From assembly GCA_965232515.1 (NCBI GenBank), contig CBDDPY010000002.1, positions 3,296,001-3,360,000 of the forward strand: 64,000 bases of DNA, written 5' to 3'. The notes under the pieces are model-generated. The model ran no database searches. It saw only the letters and a program-made list of their open reading frames with translations, and was not told where the DNA came from. This document shows, piece by piece, positions 1 through 8,993 of this stretch (position 1 is the first letter of the stretch; every line of letters begins with the position of its first letter). This stretch comes from Alphaproteobacteria bacterium. Lineage in GTDB: Bacteria; Pseudomonadota; Alphaproteobacteria; GCA-2731375. The translations under genes were made by a program, and so were the position numbers.

Positions 1-393
1 GGCCTCGAGCGCCATCACCGTCTCGAGCTGGTCGGCGGCGACGTTCTGGAAGTAGCCGGTATAGTCCTGAGCCGTAAAGGCGTTGTCCTGGCCGCCGATG
101 CGCGCCACCTGCTTGGAGAATTCGCCCGGCGCGATCTTCTCCGTGCCCTTGAACATCAAGTGTTCGAGGAAATGCGCGATGCCCGACTTGCCCGGCGGCT
201 CGTCGGCGGCGCCCACCTTGTACCAGACCATATGGCTGACGACGGGCGCGCGATGGTCCTCGATGACCACGACCTGTAGGCCGTTATCGAGCTCGAACAC
301 ACGCGGATTGAACAGATCGGCCTGGGCGGCCGGAACAGTGGCGGACAGCAACAGCGCGGCGCCGCCCAACAGACGGGGCAATCGTCGGATCAC
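1..393 (-). CDS. M16 (pitrilysin/insulinase) family zinc peptidase, 5' part; runs off window start
   Basis: Manual minus-strand translation from GTG 393: signal-like N-terminus, then [42 protein letters not shown] (inverted HxxEH motif). Confidence 0.9.
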   Translation of the reverse strand, partial: MIRRLPRLLGGAALLLSATVPAAQADLFNPRVFELDNGLQVVVIEDHRAPVVSHMVWYKVGAADEPPGKSGIAHFLEHLMFKGTEKIAPGEFSKQVARIGGQDNAFTAQDYTGYFQNVAADQLETVMALEA

Positions 394-507
394 CGAAAGC
401 GCTCCCTTCGGGATGTGGTGCTCCGGTGAATATGCGCCGATTACGCCACGGTGCAAGCCGTCATTCGGTCAAGGGCGCGTGATCACCGTTGGCGCGAGCA
501 ACCGGTC

Positions 508-1134
508 CTAGAAGATGCCTTCCAGAAACCCGCGACGGCGGCGCTTGATGATCGGAGTTTCCCCGGCCGTCACCGGCTCGCCGATAGCGGCGTTTTCCCG
601 CAGACGCTGGGCTTCCTTCTGGGCGTCGATCAGCGTGCCTTGCGGCGGCGTTTCCTGCCAGAAGATCAGCCGGTCGGTGAAAGAGCGGTCCTTGTCGGCG
701 AGCGCCGACGTCTCGCGGTCGACCACGGCGCGAATCCCGCCGTCGGCGCCTTGGGCATTGGCCTGGCGCAGCAGGGCCGCCTCGCCGACGGTCTGGCTCG
801 CCGGCAGATTCGGCGCGTTCAGGCGCGCGGTTGGGGCAGGCGCCGGCGCCAGGGTCGGCTGCCGATCGGCCACGCGATTGGGCGGCGTGCCGAGCAGCGC
901 TGACCTGGCGGCCTGCTCAGGCTGTTGCTCCTGCGGACGCGGCGCGCCGGGCGCGGGCGGACGTAGCGAGAAGTCCGGCGGCAGCACCAGCGGCGCCTTC
1001 TTGACCACGGTGAACTCGTCCGGCGCTTTCTTGTTGAAGCCGAGCTGGTCGCGAATACCTTCGCAGGCGGCCAACACCAGTATCAGACTGCAAGCCAGGC
1101 TCAGCCTGGCGATCGCATGTCCGCGCGTACGCAC
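508..1134 (-). CDS. DUF3035-family lipoprotein
   Basis: Lipobox LAAC, then KKAPDEFTVVKKAPLVLPPDFSLRPPAPGAPRPQE; usual position after lspA; GTG 1134 has GGAGG upstream. Confidence 0.8.
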   Translation of the reverse strand: MRTRGHAIARLSLACSLILVLAACEGIRDQLGFNKKAPDEFTVVKKAPLVLPPDFSLRPPAPGAPRPQEQQPEQAARSALLGTPPNRVADRQPTLAPAPAPTARLNAPNLPASQTVGEAALLRQANAQGADGGIRAVVDRETSALADKDRSFTDRLIFWQETPPQGTLIDAQKEAQRLRENAAIGEPVTAGETPIIKRRRRGFLEGIF

Positions 1135-1169
1135 GTTGCTAATCCTCCCGAACAAGGGATTGGCGACCC

Positions 1170-1643
1170 TTATTTATGCGCATCGTCTTTTGTAAACAAG
1201 GAATCGAGTAACATAATTGCAACACCGACGACAATGGCGGAATCGGCGACGTTGAAGGCCGGCCAGTGATATCCGGCAACGTGAAAATCGAAGAAGTCCG
1301 CCACCGCACCATAGACCAGCCGATCGACGATGTTGCCGACGGCACCGCCGATCACCGCGCCGAGCGCGCAGGCCAGCAACCGCGACTGCACGCGCCAGAG
1401 CCAGACCAGCAGGCCGATGGCGATGGCCGCCGTCAGGCCGATCAAGATCCAGCGGCCGGTATCGCCGGCCTGGAACATGCCAAAGCTGATGCCGCGGTTC
1501 CAGACCATGACCAGGTTGAAGAACGGCGTCACCTCGATATAGCCGCCCGCCGCCTGGACGTGATCGATCAATTTGATCTTCACGAACTGATCGAGATTGA
1601 AGATCACGATGGCCACGGCCAGGCCAAGCAGGAAGATACGCAA
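1170..1643 (-). CDS. lspA: Lipoprotein signal peptidase II
   Basis: Motifs WNRGISFG, GNIVDRL, VADFFD, WPAFNVADSAI; follows ileS; TTG start chosen from GAGGA SD spacing. Confidence 0.95.
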   Translation of the reverse strand: MRIFLLGLAVAIVIFNLDQFVKIKLIDHVQAAGGYIEVTPFFNLVMVWNRGISFGMFQAGDTGRWILIGLTAAIAIGLLVWLWRVQSRLLACALGAVIGGAVGNIVDRLVYGAVADFFDFHVAGYHWPAFNVADSAIVVGVAIMLLDSLFTKDDAHK

Positions 1644-1653
1644 CGGCAAGTCC

Positions 1654-4458
1654 TCAGCCGGCGGCCGCCTCGACCGCGTCGACGCAGCGACGGCAGAGAT
1701 CGGGATGTTTGGCGTCCGCGCCGACTTCCGGCAGGACCTGCCAGCAGCGCTCGCAGCGCTTGCCATCGGCCAGATTCACGACCACGCCCACATCGGCGAC
1801 ACCTTCGAGGCGAAACGCGTCGGCCGGCGGCGGGCCCGCCTGCAACGTCGCGCCCGACGTGATCGCGACCTCGGACCAGTCGACATCGGTCAGCGCCGCC
1901 ACCGTGTCGGCCGGCGCGTAGACGACCGGGTGCGCCTGCAGGCTGGCGCCGATGCGCTTCTCGCGCCGCTCGACCTCCAGCGCGCCCGTCACCACCCGGC
2001 GCAGATCGCGGACCTGGTTCCACTTCGCCGCGAGCGCGTCGTCGCGCCAGTCCGCCGGCACGTCGGGGAACAGCCGCAGATGCACGCTGGAATCGTCGCC
2101 CGGGAAGCGCTGCAGCCAGGCCTCCTCGGCGGTGAAACACAGGATCGGGGCGAGCCAGGCCGTCAGGCACGAGAACAACTGGTCCAGCACCGTCCGCGCC
2201 GCGCGCCGCCGCGTCGACATGGCCGCGTCGCAATAGAGCGCGTCCTTGCGGATGTCGAAATAGACCGCGGACAGATCGACGGTGCAGAAGTTGTAGAGCT
2301 GCACGAACAGCCGGTGGAAGTCGTAGCTTTCGCAGCATTCGCGCACGAGCGCGTCGAGCTCGGCCAGTCGGTGCAGCACCCAGCGCTCGAGCTCCGGCAT
2401 GTCGGCGACCGGCAGGCGCTCGCGTTCGTCGAAGCCGGCGAGGTTGCCGAGCAGGAAGCGCAGCGTGTTGCGCAGCCGGCGGTAGGAATCGACCTGGCTT
2501 TTCAGGATCTCAGGGCCGATGCGCAGATCCTCGGTGAAGTCCGAGCCGACCAGCCATTGCCGCAGGATATCGGCGCCGTATTTGTCGACCACCTCTTGCG
2601 GCGCCGTGGTGTTGCCGAGCGACTTCGACATCTTACGGCCCTCGCCGTCCATGACGAAGCCGTGCGTCAGCACCGCGTCGTATGGGGCGCGGCCGCGCGT
2701 ACCGCAGGCCTCCAGCAGCGAGGAATGGAACCAGCCGCGATGCTGATCCGAGCCTTCGAGATAGAGCGAGGCCGGCCATTCCAGATCGTCCCGTGTTTCC
2801 AGCACGTAGGAATGCGTCGAGCCGGAATCGAACCAGACGTCGAGAATATCGTCGACCTTCTCGTAGTCGTCGGCCGGATAGTCGTTGCCGAGAAACCGCG
2901 CGGCGTCGCTGTCGAACCAGGCATCGCAGCCCTCGGCCTCGACGGCGTCCGTGATCCGCTTGTTGACGGCCTTGTCGCGCAACGGCTCGCCGGTTTGCTT
3001 ATTGACGAACACCGTGATCGGCACGCCCCAGGCGCGCTGGCGGGAGACCAGCCAATCCGGCCGGTTCGCCACCATGTCGTAGAGCCGGCGCTGGCCGCTC
3101 TTCGGATAGAAGGCGGTGTCCTCGATGGACTTGAGCGCCGTATCGCGCAGGCCCGTCGTGCGCATCGAGATGAACCATTGCGGCGCATTGCGGAAGATCA
3201 GCGGCGCCTTCGAGCGCCAGGAATGCGGATACGAGTGGCGCAGCTTGCCCTTCGCCAGCAGGGCGTCGGCCTCGATCAGGGCCTTGATCACCGGGCCGTC
3301 GACCTTGAACACGTGCTGGCCGCCGAACATCGGCACATGGTCGAAATAGGTGCCGTCGGCATCCACCGTCTGCGGCACCTCGATGCCGTTGGCGACGCCC
3401 AGCTCGAAGTCGTCGGCGCCGTGGCCGGGCGCGATATGCACGAAGCCGGTGCCCTGCTCGGCATCGACGAAATCGCCCGACAGCAGCGGCACGTCGTAGT
3501 CGTAGCCCTTGCCGCGCCAGGGATGCCGGCAGACGGTGCCGGCGAGGTTCGACACGTCGGCGACGTGGCGCAGCTCGTCGATCTTGGCCGCCGCCCGCAC
3601 CTCCTCGGCCAGGTCCTTGGCCAACAGCAGGCGCTCGCCTGATTTGGCGAGACTGCCCTCGCCAACGGTGCCGACCTCATAGACCGCATAGGCGACATCG
3701 GGCGAGAAGGCGAGCGCCCGGTTGCCGGGCATGGTCCAGGGCGTCGTCGTCCAGATCATCAGCGAGGCGCCGTCCAGCGCCGGGTCGGCGGCCTTGATCA
3801 CCGGGAACCGGACCCAGATCGTGGTCGAGGTATGGTCGTGGTATTCGATCTCGGCCTCGGCCAGAGAGGTCTTCTCGACCACCGACCACATCACCGCCTT
3901 GGCGCCCTTGTAGAGGCTGCCGTCCATCAGGAACTTCAACAGCTCGCGGACGATCTGCGCCTCGGCGTCGTAGGACATGGTCGTATAGGGCCGCTGCCAG
4001 TCGCCGGCGACGCCCAGACGCTTGAATTCCTCGGCCTGCACGCCGATCCAATGCTCGGCGAAGGTCCGGCATTCGCGCCGGAAATCGACCACCGGCACCT
4101 CGTCCTTGTTCTTGCCCTGCTCGCGGTACTGCTCCTCGATCTTCCATTCGATCGGCAGGCCGTGGCAGTCCCAGCCGGGCACGTAATTGGCGTCCTTGCC
4201 CAGCATCTGCTGCGACCGGTTGACCACGTCCTTCAGGATCTTGTTCATGGCCGTGCCGATATGGATGTTGCCGTTGGCATAGGGCGGGCCGTCATGCAGG
4301 ATGAATTTCTCGCGGCCCTTGGCGTCGGCGCGCAGGCGGGCCCAGAGGTCCATCTGCTCCCAGCGGGCCAGGAAGTCCGGCTCGCGCTTGGGCAGGCCGG
4401 CCCGCATCGGAAAGTCGGTCTGCGGCAGAAATAGCGTGGATTTATAGTCGGTGGTCAT
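1654..4458 (-). CDS. ileS: Isoleucine--tRNA ligase
   Basis: HDGPPYANGNIHIG (HIGH), GWDCHGLPIE, WTTTPWT, KMSKS, C-terminal CERCW...CRRC zinc finger. Confidence 0.98.
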   Translation of the reverse strand: MTTDYKSTLFLPQTDFPMRAGLPKREPDFLARWEQMDLWARLRADAKGREKFILHDGPPYANGNIHIGTAMNKILKDVVNRSQQMLGKDANYVPGWDCHGLPIEWKIEEQYREQGKNKDEVPVVDFRRECRTFAEHWIGVQAEEFKRLGVAGDWQRPYTTMSYDAEAQIVRELLKFLMDGSLYKGAKAVMWSVVEKTSLAEAEIEYHDHTSTTIWVRFPVIKAADPALDGASLMIWTTTPWTMPGNRALAFSPDVAYAVYEVGTVGEGSLAKSGERLLLAKDLAEEVRAAAKIDELRHVADVSNLAGTVCRHPWRGKGYDYDVPLLSGDFVDAEQGTGFVHIAPGHGADDFELGVANGIEVPQTVDADGTYFDHVPMFGGQHVFKVDGPVIKALIEADALLAKGKLRHSYPHSWRSKAPLIFRNAPQWFISMRTTGLRDTALKSIEDTAFYPKSGQRRLYDMVANRPDWLVSRQRAWGVPITVFVNKQTGEPLRDKAVNKRITDAVEAEGCDAWFDSDAARFLGNDYPADDYEKVDDILDVWFDSGSTHSYVLETRDDLEWPASLYLEGSDQHRGWFHSSLLEACGTRGRAPYDAVLTHGFVMDGEGRKMSKSLGNTTAPQEVVDKYGADILRQWLVGSDFTEDLRIGPEILKSQVDSYRRLRNTLRFLLGNLAGFDERERLPVADMPELERWVLHRLAELDALVRECCESYDFHRLFVQLYNFCTVDLSAVYFDIRKDALYCDAAMSTRRRAARTVLDQLFSCLTAWLAPILCFTAEEAWLQRFPGDDSSVHLRLFPDVPADWRDDALAAKWNQVRDLRRVVTGALEVERREKRIGASLQAHPVVYAPADTVAALTDVDWSEVAITSGATLQAGPPPADAFRLEGVADVGVVVNLADGKRCERCWQVLPEVGADAKHPDLCRRCVDAVEAAAG

Positions 4459-4557
4459 GATCGACGCGCCTTACGTGAACGTCGCCGGTGGCGATCCAAG
4501 GAAAACGAATATGGCTGCTGGAGGTCGGGCCCCGCGCACGACCAAGCGTCCCGGCCC

Positions 4558-4623
4558 TCAGACGAAGGCCGGGCCGATAATTCGGCCGGAATCGGACCCT
4601 ATTCGCACGATGCACTGGCGCAT
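4558..4623 (-). promoter_or_regulatory. Putative Ile-rich leader peptide uORF (MRQCIVRIGSDSGRIIGPAFV) upstream of ileS
   Basis: ATG 4623 preceded by AGAAGG; 4 Ile codons (ATC, ATA, ATT, ATC); TGA lies in the loop of a CCCGGCC/GGCCGGG stem. Confidence 0.6.
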
Positions 4624-4692
4624 GCGCCGCCTTCTATCAGCCCCGACCGGACCTGTCCACAGGGCCTGCGCGAATCGCCGTTTCCGCCGCCC

Positions 4693-5271
4693 GTGACGAC
4701 GCTAGACGACAGGCTCGCCGACATCATCCGTCAGGAGAACTGGCTGTGGGAGATCCTGACGTGGCTCGCGGATCGGAACCCGCCGGACTGGCATGTCGGC
4801 GCCGGCTGCATAACGCAATGCGTCTGGAATCGCTTGAGCGGCCGACCGAGCCGCGCCGGGATCAGCGATATCGACGTGGTCTTCTTCGATCCCGACGACC
4901 TGAGCGAGGAACCCGAAAACGCGCTCGAAGCCGCCCTGACCGACGCTTTCGGCGATCTGGAAATGGCCTTCGACGTGAAGAACCAGGCGCGGGTGCACCT
5001 CTGGTACGCCCGGCGCTTCGGCTACGCCATCCCGCCCTACCCGTCGGTCCACGCCGCTATCGACACCTGGCCGACGACCGCGACCGCCGTTGCCGTCAAG
5101 CTGCGCGACGGCAAACCGGAGATCTATGCGCCCTTCGGTCTCGAGGACCTGTTCGCGATGACCGCACGTCCCAACAAGCGCCAGATCACGCCCGAGATCA
5201 ATGAAAAGAAGGTCAGGCGCTGGCGCCGACACTGGCCGGATCTGACGATCATTCCGTGGGAAACGGACTGA
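4693..5271 (+). CDS. Nucleotidyltransferase-family protein (DUF925-like)
   Basis: GAGCITQCVWN, SDIDVVFFD, DVKNQARVHLWY, APFGLEDLF. Confidence 0.8.
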   Translation: MTTLDDRLADIIRQENWLWEILTWLADRNPPDWHVGAGCITQCVWNRLSGRPSRAGISDIDVVFFDPDDLSEEPENALEAALTDAFGDLEMAFDVKNQARVHLWYARRFGYAIPPYPSVHAAIDTWPTTATAVAVKLRDGKPEIYAPFGLEDLFAMTARPNKRQITPEINEKKVRRWRRHWPDLTIIPWETD

Positions 5272-5280
5272 GTTCAGCCC

Positions 5281-5862
5281 CTAAAGCGTGAAATCGCTGG
5301 CCGTCAGCAGTGGCACCAGCTTGAGGCCTTCCTTGGCGACGTTCGCTTCGGCGCCTTCCTCGCGGTCGACGATGGTCAGCATGGTGTCGACGACGACGCC
5401 CTCGTCGCGCAGCGCCTTCACCGCCTTCATGGACGAGCCGCCGGTGGTGGTGACGTCCTCGACGATGACGGCGCGCAGGCCGGTGAGATCGCTGTCGCCG
5501 AGACCCTCGACCAAGCGCCTGGTGCCGTGGTCCTTCGGCTGCTTGCGGACGAAGAAACCGCGCACGGGCTTGTCCGGGAAGCTCTTCTGGCAGACGGCGG
5601 CGGCGATCGGTACGGCGCCCATCTCGAGGCCGCCAACCAGGTCGACGGGCGCATCGCCGATCGCTTCCAGCATCAGCTCGGCGATCAGGTTGAGCGCCTC
5701 GGGATCGAAGATCGTCGGCTTCATGTCGAAATAGTGTTTGCTGGTGGCGCCGGACACGAGCTTCATCTCGCGGTCGCGGATCAGCGACTTGGCCGTGACG
5801 ATTTCGATCAGGCGTTCCCGGCGGCCGTTACCGCCCGCATCCGATTTCAAGGCTTCCTGCAT
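5281..5862 (-). CDS. pyrE: Orotate phosphoribosyltransferase
   Basis: LVSGATSKHYFDMK, VRKQPKDHG, PRPP loop IVEDVTTTGGS. Confidence 0.92.
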   Translation of the reverse strand: MQEALKSDAGGNGRRERLIEIVTAKSLIRDREMKLVSGATSKHYFDMKPTIFDPEALNLIAELMLEAIGDAPVDLVGGLEMGAVPIAAAVCQKSFPDKPVRGFFVRKQPKDHGTRRLVEGLGDSDLTGLRAVIVEDVTTTGGSSMKAVKALRDEGVVVDTMLTIVDREEGAEANVAKEGLKLVPLLTASDFTL

Positions 5863-5912
5863 CCCTGCCCCCGCGAAATTCTAGAATCGTTCATTCGCCA
5901 CATGCCTAATGG

Positions 5913-5979
5913 GTCATTCTGGCGAAGGCCAGAATCCATTTCGACCGTCCGATTGGATCCTGGCCTTCGCCAGGATGAC
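5913..5979. repeat. REP/REPIN-like inverted doublet
   Basis: GTCATTCTGGCGAAGGCCAGAATCCA ... TGGATCCTGGCCTTCGCCAGGATGAC; each half is internally palindromic and the halves are inverted. Confidence 0.75.
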
Positions 5980-6005
5980 CGGTTGTGACAGGCGGCGAGG
6001 CCTGC

Positions 6006-7010
6006 TCAGCTGCCGGCCTCGCGTTGACTGGCGAGGTCGACGGTGGCGGCGAAGCGGCCAACGGTGTTTTCGGGCAGCGCCAGCAGCTCGCGCGCCTGCG
6101 CGCTGTCGGCGGCGATTTGCGTCTTCAAGGCCTCGAGGCCGTCGAACTTCTTTTCGGCGCGCAGATGCTCGACGAAGGCCACGCGCACCTCGCGGCCGTA
6201 AAGATCGCCATCGAAATCGAACAGATGCGCCTCCAGCACGACCGAATCGCCGCCAAAGGTGGGCCGGTAGCCGAGGTTGGCGACGGCCGGGAGCCAGGTG
6301 GTCTTACCGTTGTCGGGCAGGCCGAAATGCACGGCGTAGACGCCGAGCGCCGGCTGCAGGCTGCGCCGGCCGAGAAAGACGTTCGCGGTCGGAAAGCCGA
6401 GCTGGCGGCCGCGCTGATCGCCGCGGCGGACGTGGGACTCGACCTCCCACCAATGGCCGAGCAGCTCGGCCGCCCGCTTCGCCCGGCCGGTCTCAAGGTT
6501 CACGCGGATGATCGTCGATGAGCAGACATCCTCGTCGTGCGTTACCGGCGCCAGCACCGACACCTCGAAGCCGAAATCCTGACCGAGGCGGACCAGCAGG
6601 TCGGCATCGCCGGACCGGCGGTGGCCGAAAACGAAGTCATAACCGACGACGATGCCCTGCACGTCGAGACCGCCAACCAGGACGTCGCGGACGAAGTCCT
6701 CGGCCGGCTTGGTGTAGAGCCGCTCGTTGAAACGCAGCGTGTACATAAGCTCGACGCCAAGCGCGCTCAGCAGCCGCGCCTTGCTGCGGAACGGCGTCAG
6801 ACGAAACGGCGGCGCTTCCGGCGCGAACACGTTGCGCGGATGCGGCTCGAAGGTGAGCACGCCGAGCGGCGCGCCGAGCCGCCGCGCCGTCCGCGCGGTG
6901 GTGGCGATGATCTCGCGATGGCCGCGGTGCACGCCGTCGAAGTTGCCGAGCGCGACCACGCCGCCGCGCTGGTCGGCCGGCAAATCGACAAAGTCGCGCA
7001 CGACGCGCAT
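6006..7010 (-). CDS. ribF: Bifunctional riboflavin kinase/FAD synthetase
   Basis: GNFDGVHRGH, TFEPHP, VGYDFVFG, GRQLGFPTAN, YRPTF, LEAHLFDF. Confidence 0.96.
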   Translation of the reverse strand: MRVVRDFVDLPADQRGGVVALGNFDGVHRGHREIIATTARTARRLGAPLGVLTFEPHPRNVFAPEAPPFRLTPFRSKARLLSALGVELMYTLRFNERLYTKPAEDFVRDVLVGGLDVQGIVVGYDFVFGHRRSGDADLLVRLGQDFGFEVSVLAPVTHDEDVCSSTIIRVNLETGRAKRAAELLGHWWEVESHVRRGDQRGRQLGFPTANVFLGRRSLQPALGVYAVHFGLPDNGKTTWLPAVANLGYRPTFGGDSVVLEAHLFDFDGDLYGREVRVAFVEHLRAEKKFDGLEALKTQIAADSAQARELLALPENTVGRFAATVDLASQREAGS

Positions 7011-7080
7011 ATCGCCTCGTTTCGGTTTTTCGCTGCGCCCGCTGGCAGCCCCCGCGATTATGCCGCCGGGCGGGCGGTAA

Positions 7081-7569
7081 TCAAGTCGCGGCGGCTTCGA
7101 AGGATTTGCGCGACGGCACCATTGTCAGCGCATCGCCGCTCACCACGATCTGGTTGCCGACGGTGCATTTGGTGTCGAGCCGGCAGCGCCGCTTGGCCGC
7201 ATCGACCTCGGTCACGATCACCCGCGCGGTCACCGTGTCGCCAGCCTTGACCGGTGCCGTGAAGCGCAGGTTCTGGCTCATATAGATCGCGCCCGGCCCG
7301 GGCAACTTGGTGCCGACGACGGTCGATATCAGGCTGGCGGTCAGCATGCCGTGCGCGATATTGCCGCCGAAGCGGGTCTGCTCGGCGAATTCACGGTTCA
7401 GGTGCAACGGATTGAAGTCACCGGAGATGCCGGCGAACAGCACGATATCGGCCTCGGTCACGGTTCGTGAGTAGAAGGCCGACATGCCCTCCTGGATATC
7501 CTCGATGAAATAGCCGTGCAGCTCGCGATGGAGATCGATCGGCGCCGGCGGGTTGACCTGCGTGTCCAT
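7081..7569 (-). CDS. MaoC-family (R)-specific enoyl-CoA hydratase, PhaJ-like
   Basis: FAGISGDFNPLHL...IAHGML hydratase-2 motif; LPGPGAIYMSQNLRF. Confidence 0.88.
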   Translation of the reverse strand: MDTQVNPPAPIDLHRELHGYFIEDIQEGMSAFYSRTVTEADIVLFAGISGDFNPLHLNREFAEQTRFGGNIAHGMLTASLISTVVGTKLPGPGAIYMSQNLRFTAPVKAGDTVTARVIVTEVDAAKRRCRLDTKCTVGNQIVVSGDALTMVPSRKSFEAAAT

Positions 7570-7615
7570 ACTGAACGCACCTTTTTCGGGGATTGCGGGA
7601 AAACGGACGATTCGA

Positions 7616-7632
7616 ATATTGCGCCGCAATAT
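7616..7632. promoter_or_regulatory. Palindromic operator, candidate PhaR box (TGC-N3-GCA)
   Basis: ATATTGCG-C-CGCAATAT, about 47 bp upstream of the MaoC/PhaJ-like start. Confidence 0.5.
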
Positions 7633-7751
7633 AGCTTTGGCAGTGCAACATCGCAATGCCGGCCGTCACGGAACCGAAACACGAAAGCGTTGACCGGCCG
7701 TTAACTCCGTGGCGCTTGCCCGGCAGGTCCGATTGCCGCACTCTCCCGACC

Positions 7752-8993
7752 ATGACGACGATCCCACGCGAAGACTGCCTGAAACGCGACGGCGCCGACC
7801 CGCTGGCGGCCTGGCGCCGGCGCTTCGTACTGCCGGAGAACCTGATCTATCTCGACGGCAATTCGCTGGGCCCGCTGCCGACAACAACCGCCGGCCGGCT
7901 CGACGACGCGGTGCGCGAGGAATGGGGCCAGGGCCTGATCCGGAGCTGGAACGCGGCCGGCTGGATCGACCTGCCGCGACGGCTGGGCGCCAAGCTGGCG
8001 CCGCTGATCGGCGCCGCGCCGCACGAGGTGACGGTCGCCGATTCGACCTCGATCAACCTGTTCAAGCTGCTGATCGGCGCGCTGAGACTCCGGCCGGACC
8101 GGCGGGTCATCGTGTCCGAGGCCGGCAACTTCCCGACCGATCTCTACATCGCCCAGGGGATCGTCGAACTGCTCGGCGGCGACTACGAAATCCGCTATGC
8201 CGAGCCCGACGACATCGCCGCCGCCATCGACCGGGACGTGGCCGTGGCGATGTTGACGCAGGTCGACTTCCGGTCGGGCCGGATGCACGACATGGCGGCC
8301 GTGACGAAGGCGGCGCAGGCGGCGGGCGCCCTGATGCTGTGGGATCTCGCGCACTCGGCCGGCGCGTTTCCGGTCGATCTGACCGGCGCCGGCGCCGATT
8401 TCGCCGTCGGCTGCGGCTACAAGTATCTGAATGGCGGCCCCGGCGCGCCCGCCTTCCTGTTCGTCGCCGAACGGCACCAGGATGCGTTGATCGCGCCGCT
8501 GTCGGGCTGGATGGGCCACGCCCGGCCGTTCGACTTCGCCCGCGATTACGCGCCGGCGGCCGGCATCGACCGTCAGCTTTGCGGCACGCCGCCGGTGCTA
8601 TCGATGACGGCGCTCGACGCCGCGCTGGATATCTGGGCCGAGGTCGACATGGCCGCGGTGCGGGCCAAGAGCGTGGCGCTGTCGGACCTGTTCATCGATC
8701 TGGTCGAGGATCGCTGCGCCGGTCACGGCTTCGCGCTGGCCTCGCCCAGGTCCGCCGACGCGCGCGGCAGCCAGGTCTCGTTCGCCCATGCCGACGGCTA
8801 CGCCATCATGCAGGCGCTGATCGCCCGCGGCGTGATCGGCGATTTTCGCGCGCCCGATATCCTGCGCTTCGGTTTCGCGCCGCTCTATCTGCGCTACGTC
8901 GATATCTGGGACGCGGTCGAGGTGCTGCGCGCGGTCATGGAAAGCCGCGCTTGGGACACGGCCGAATTCAAGCAACGCGCGGCCGTCACTTAG
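7752..8993 (+). CDS. kynU: Kynureninase
   Basis: YLDGNSLG, NFPTDLY, WDLAHSAGA, GCGYKYLNGGPG, RGSQVS, DFRAPDILRFG. Confidence 0.95.
   Translation: MTTIPREDCLKRDGADPLAAWRRRFVLPENLIYLDGNSLGPLPTTTAGRLDDAVREEWGQGLIRSWNAAGWIDLPRRLGAKLAPLIGAAPHEVTVADSTSINLFKLLIGALRLRPDRRVIVSEAGNFPTDLYIAQGIVELLGGDYEIRYAEPDDIAAAIDRDVAVAMLTQVDFRSGRMHDMAAVTKAAQAAGALMLWDLAHSAGAFPVDLTGAGADFAVGCGYKYLNGGPGAPAFLFVAERHQDALIAPLSGWMGHARPFDFARDYAPAAGIDRQLCGTPPVLSMTALDAALDIWAEVDMAAVRAKSVALSDLFIDLVEDRCAGHGFALASPRSADARGSQVSFAHADGYAIMQALIARGVIGDFRAPDILRFGFAPLYLRYVDIWDAVEVLRAVMESRAWDTAEFKQRAAVT

Noticed and set aside
1597-3642. 681-aa plus-strand ORF antisense to ileS (likewise 14495-16066, 29150-30742, 39057-40973)
   Set aside because: Shadow ORFs expected from high-GC codon bias opposite well-supported genes; no recognisable motifs.
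4459-4692. T-box riboswitch upstream of ileS
   Set aside because: No T-box consensus or terminator U-tract seen; the uORF explains the region better.
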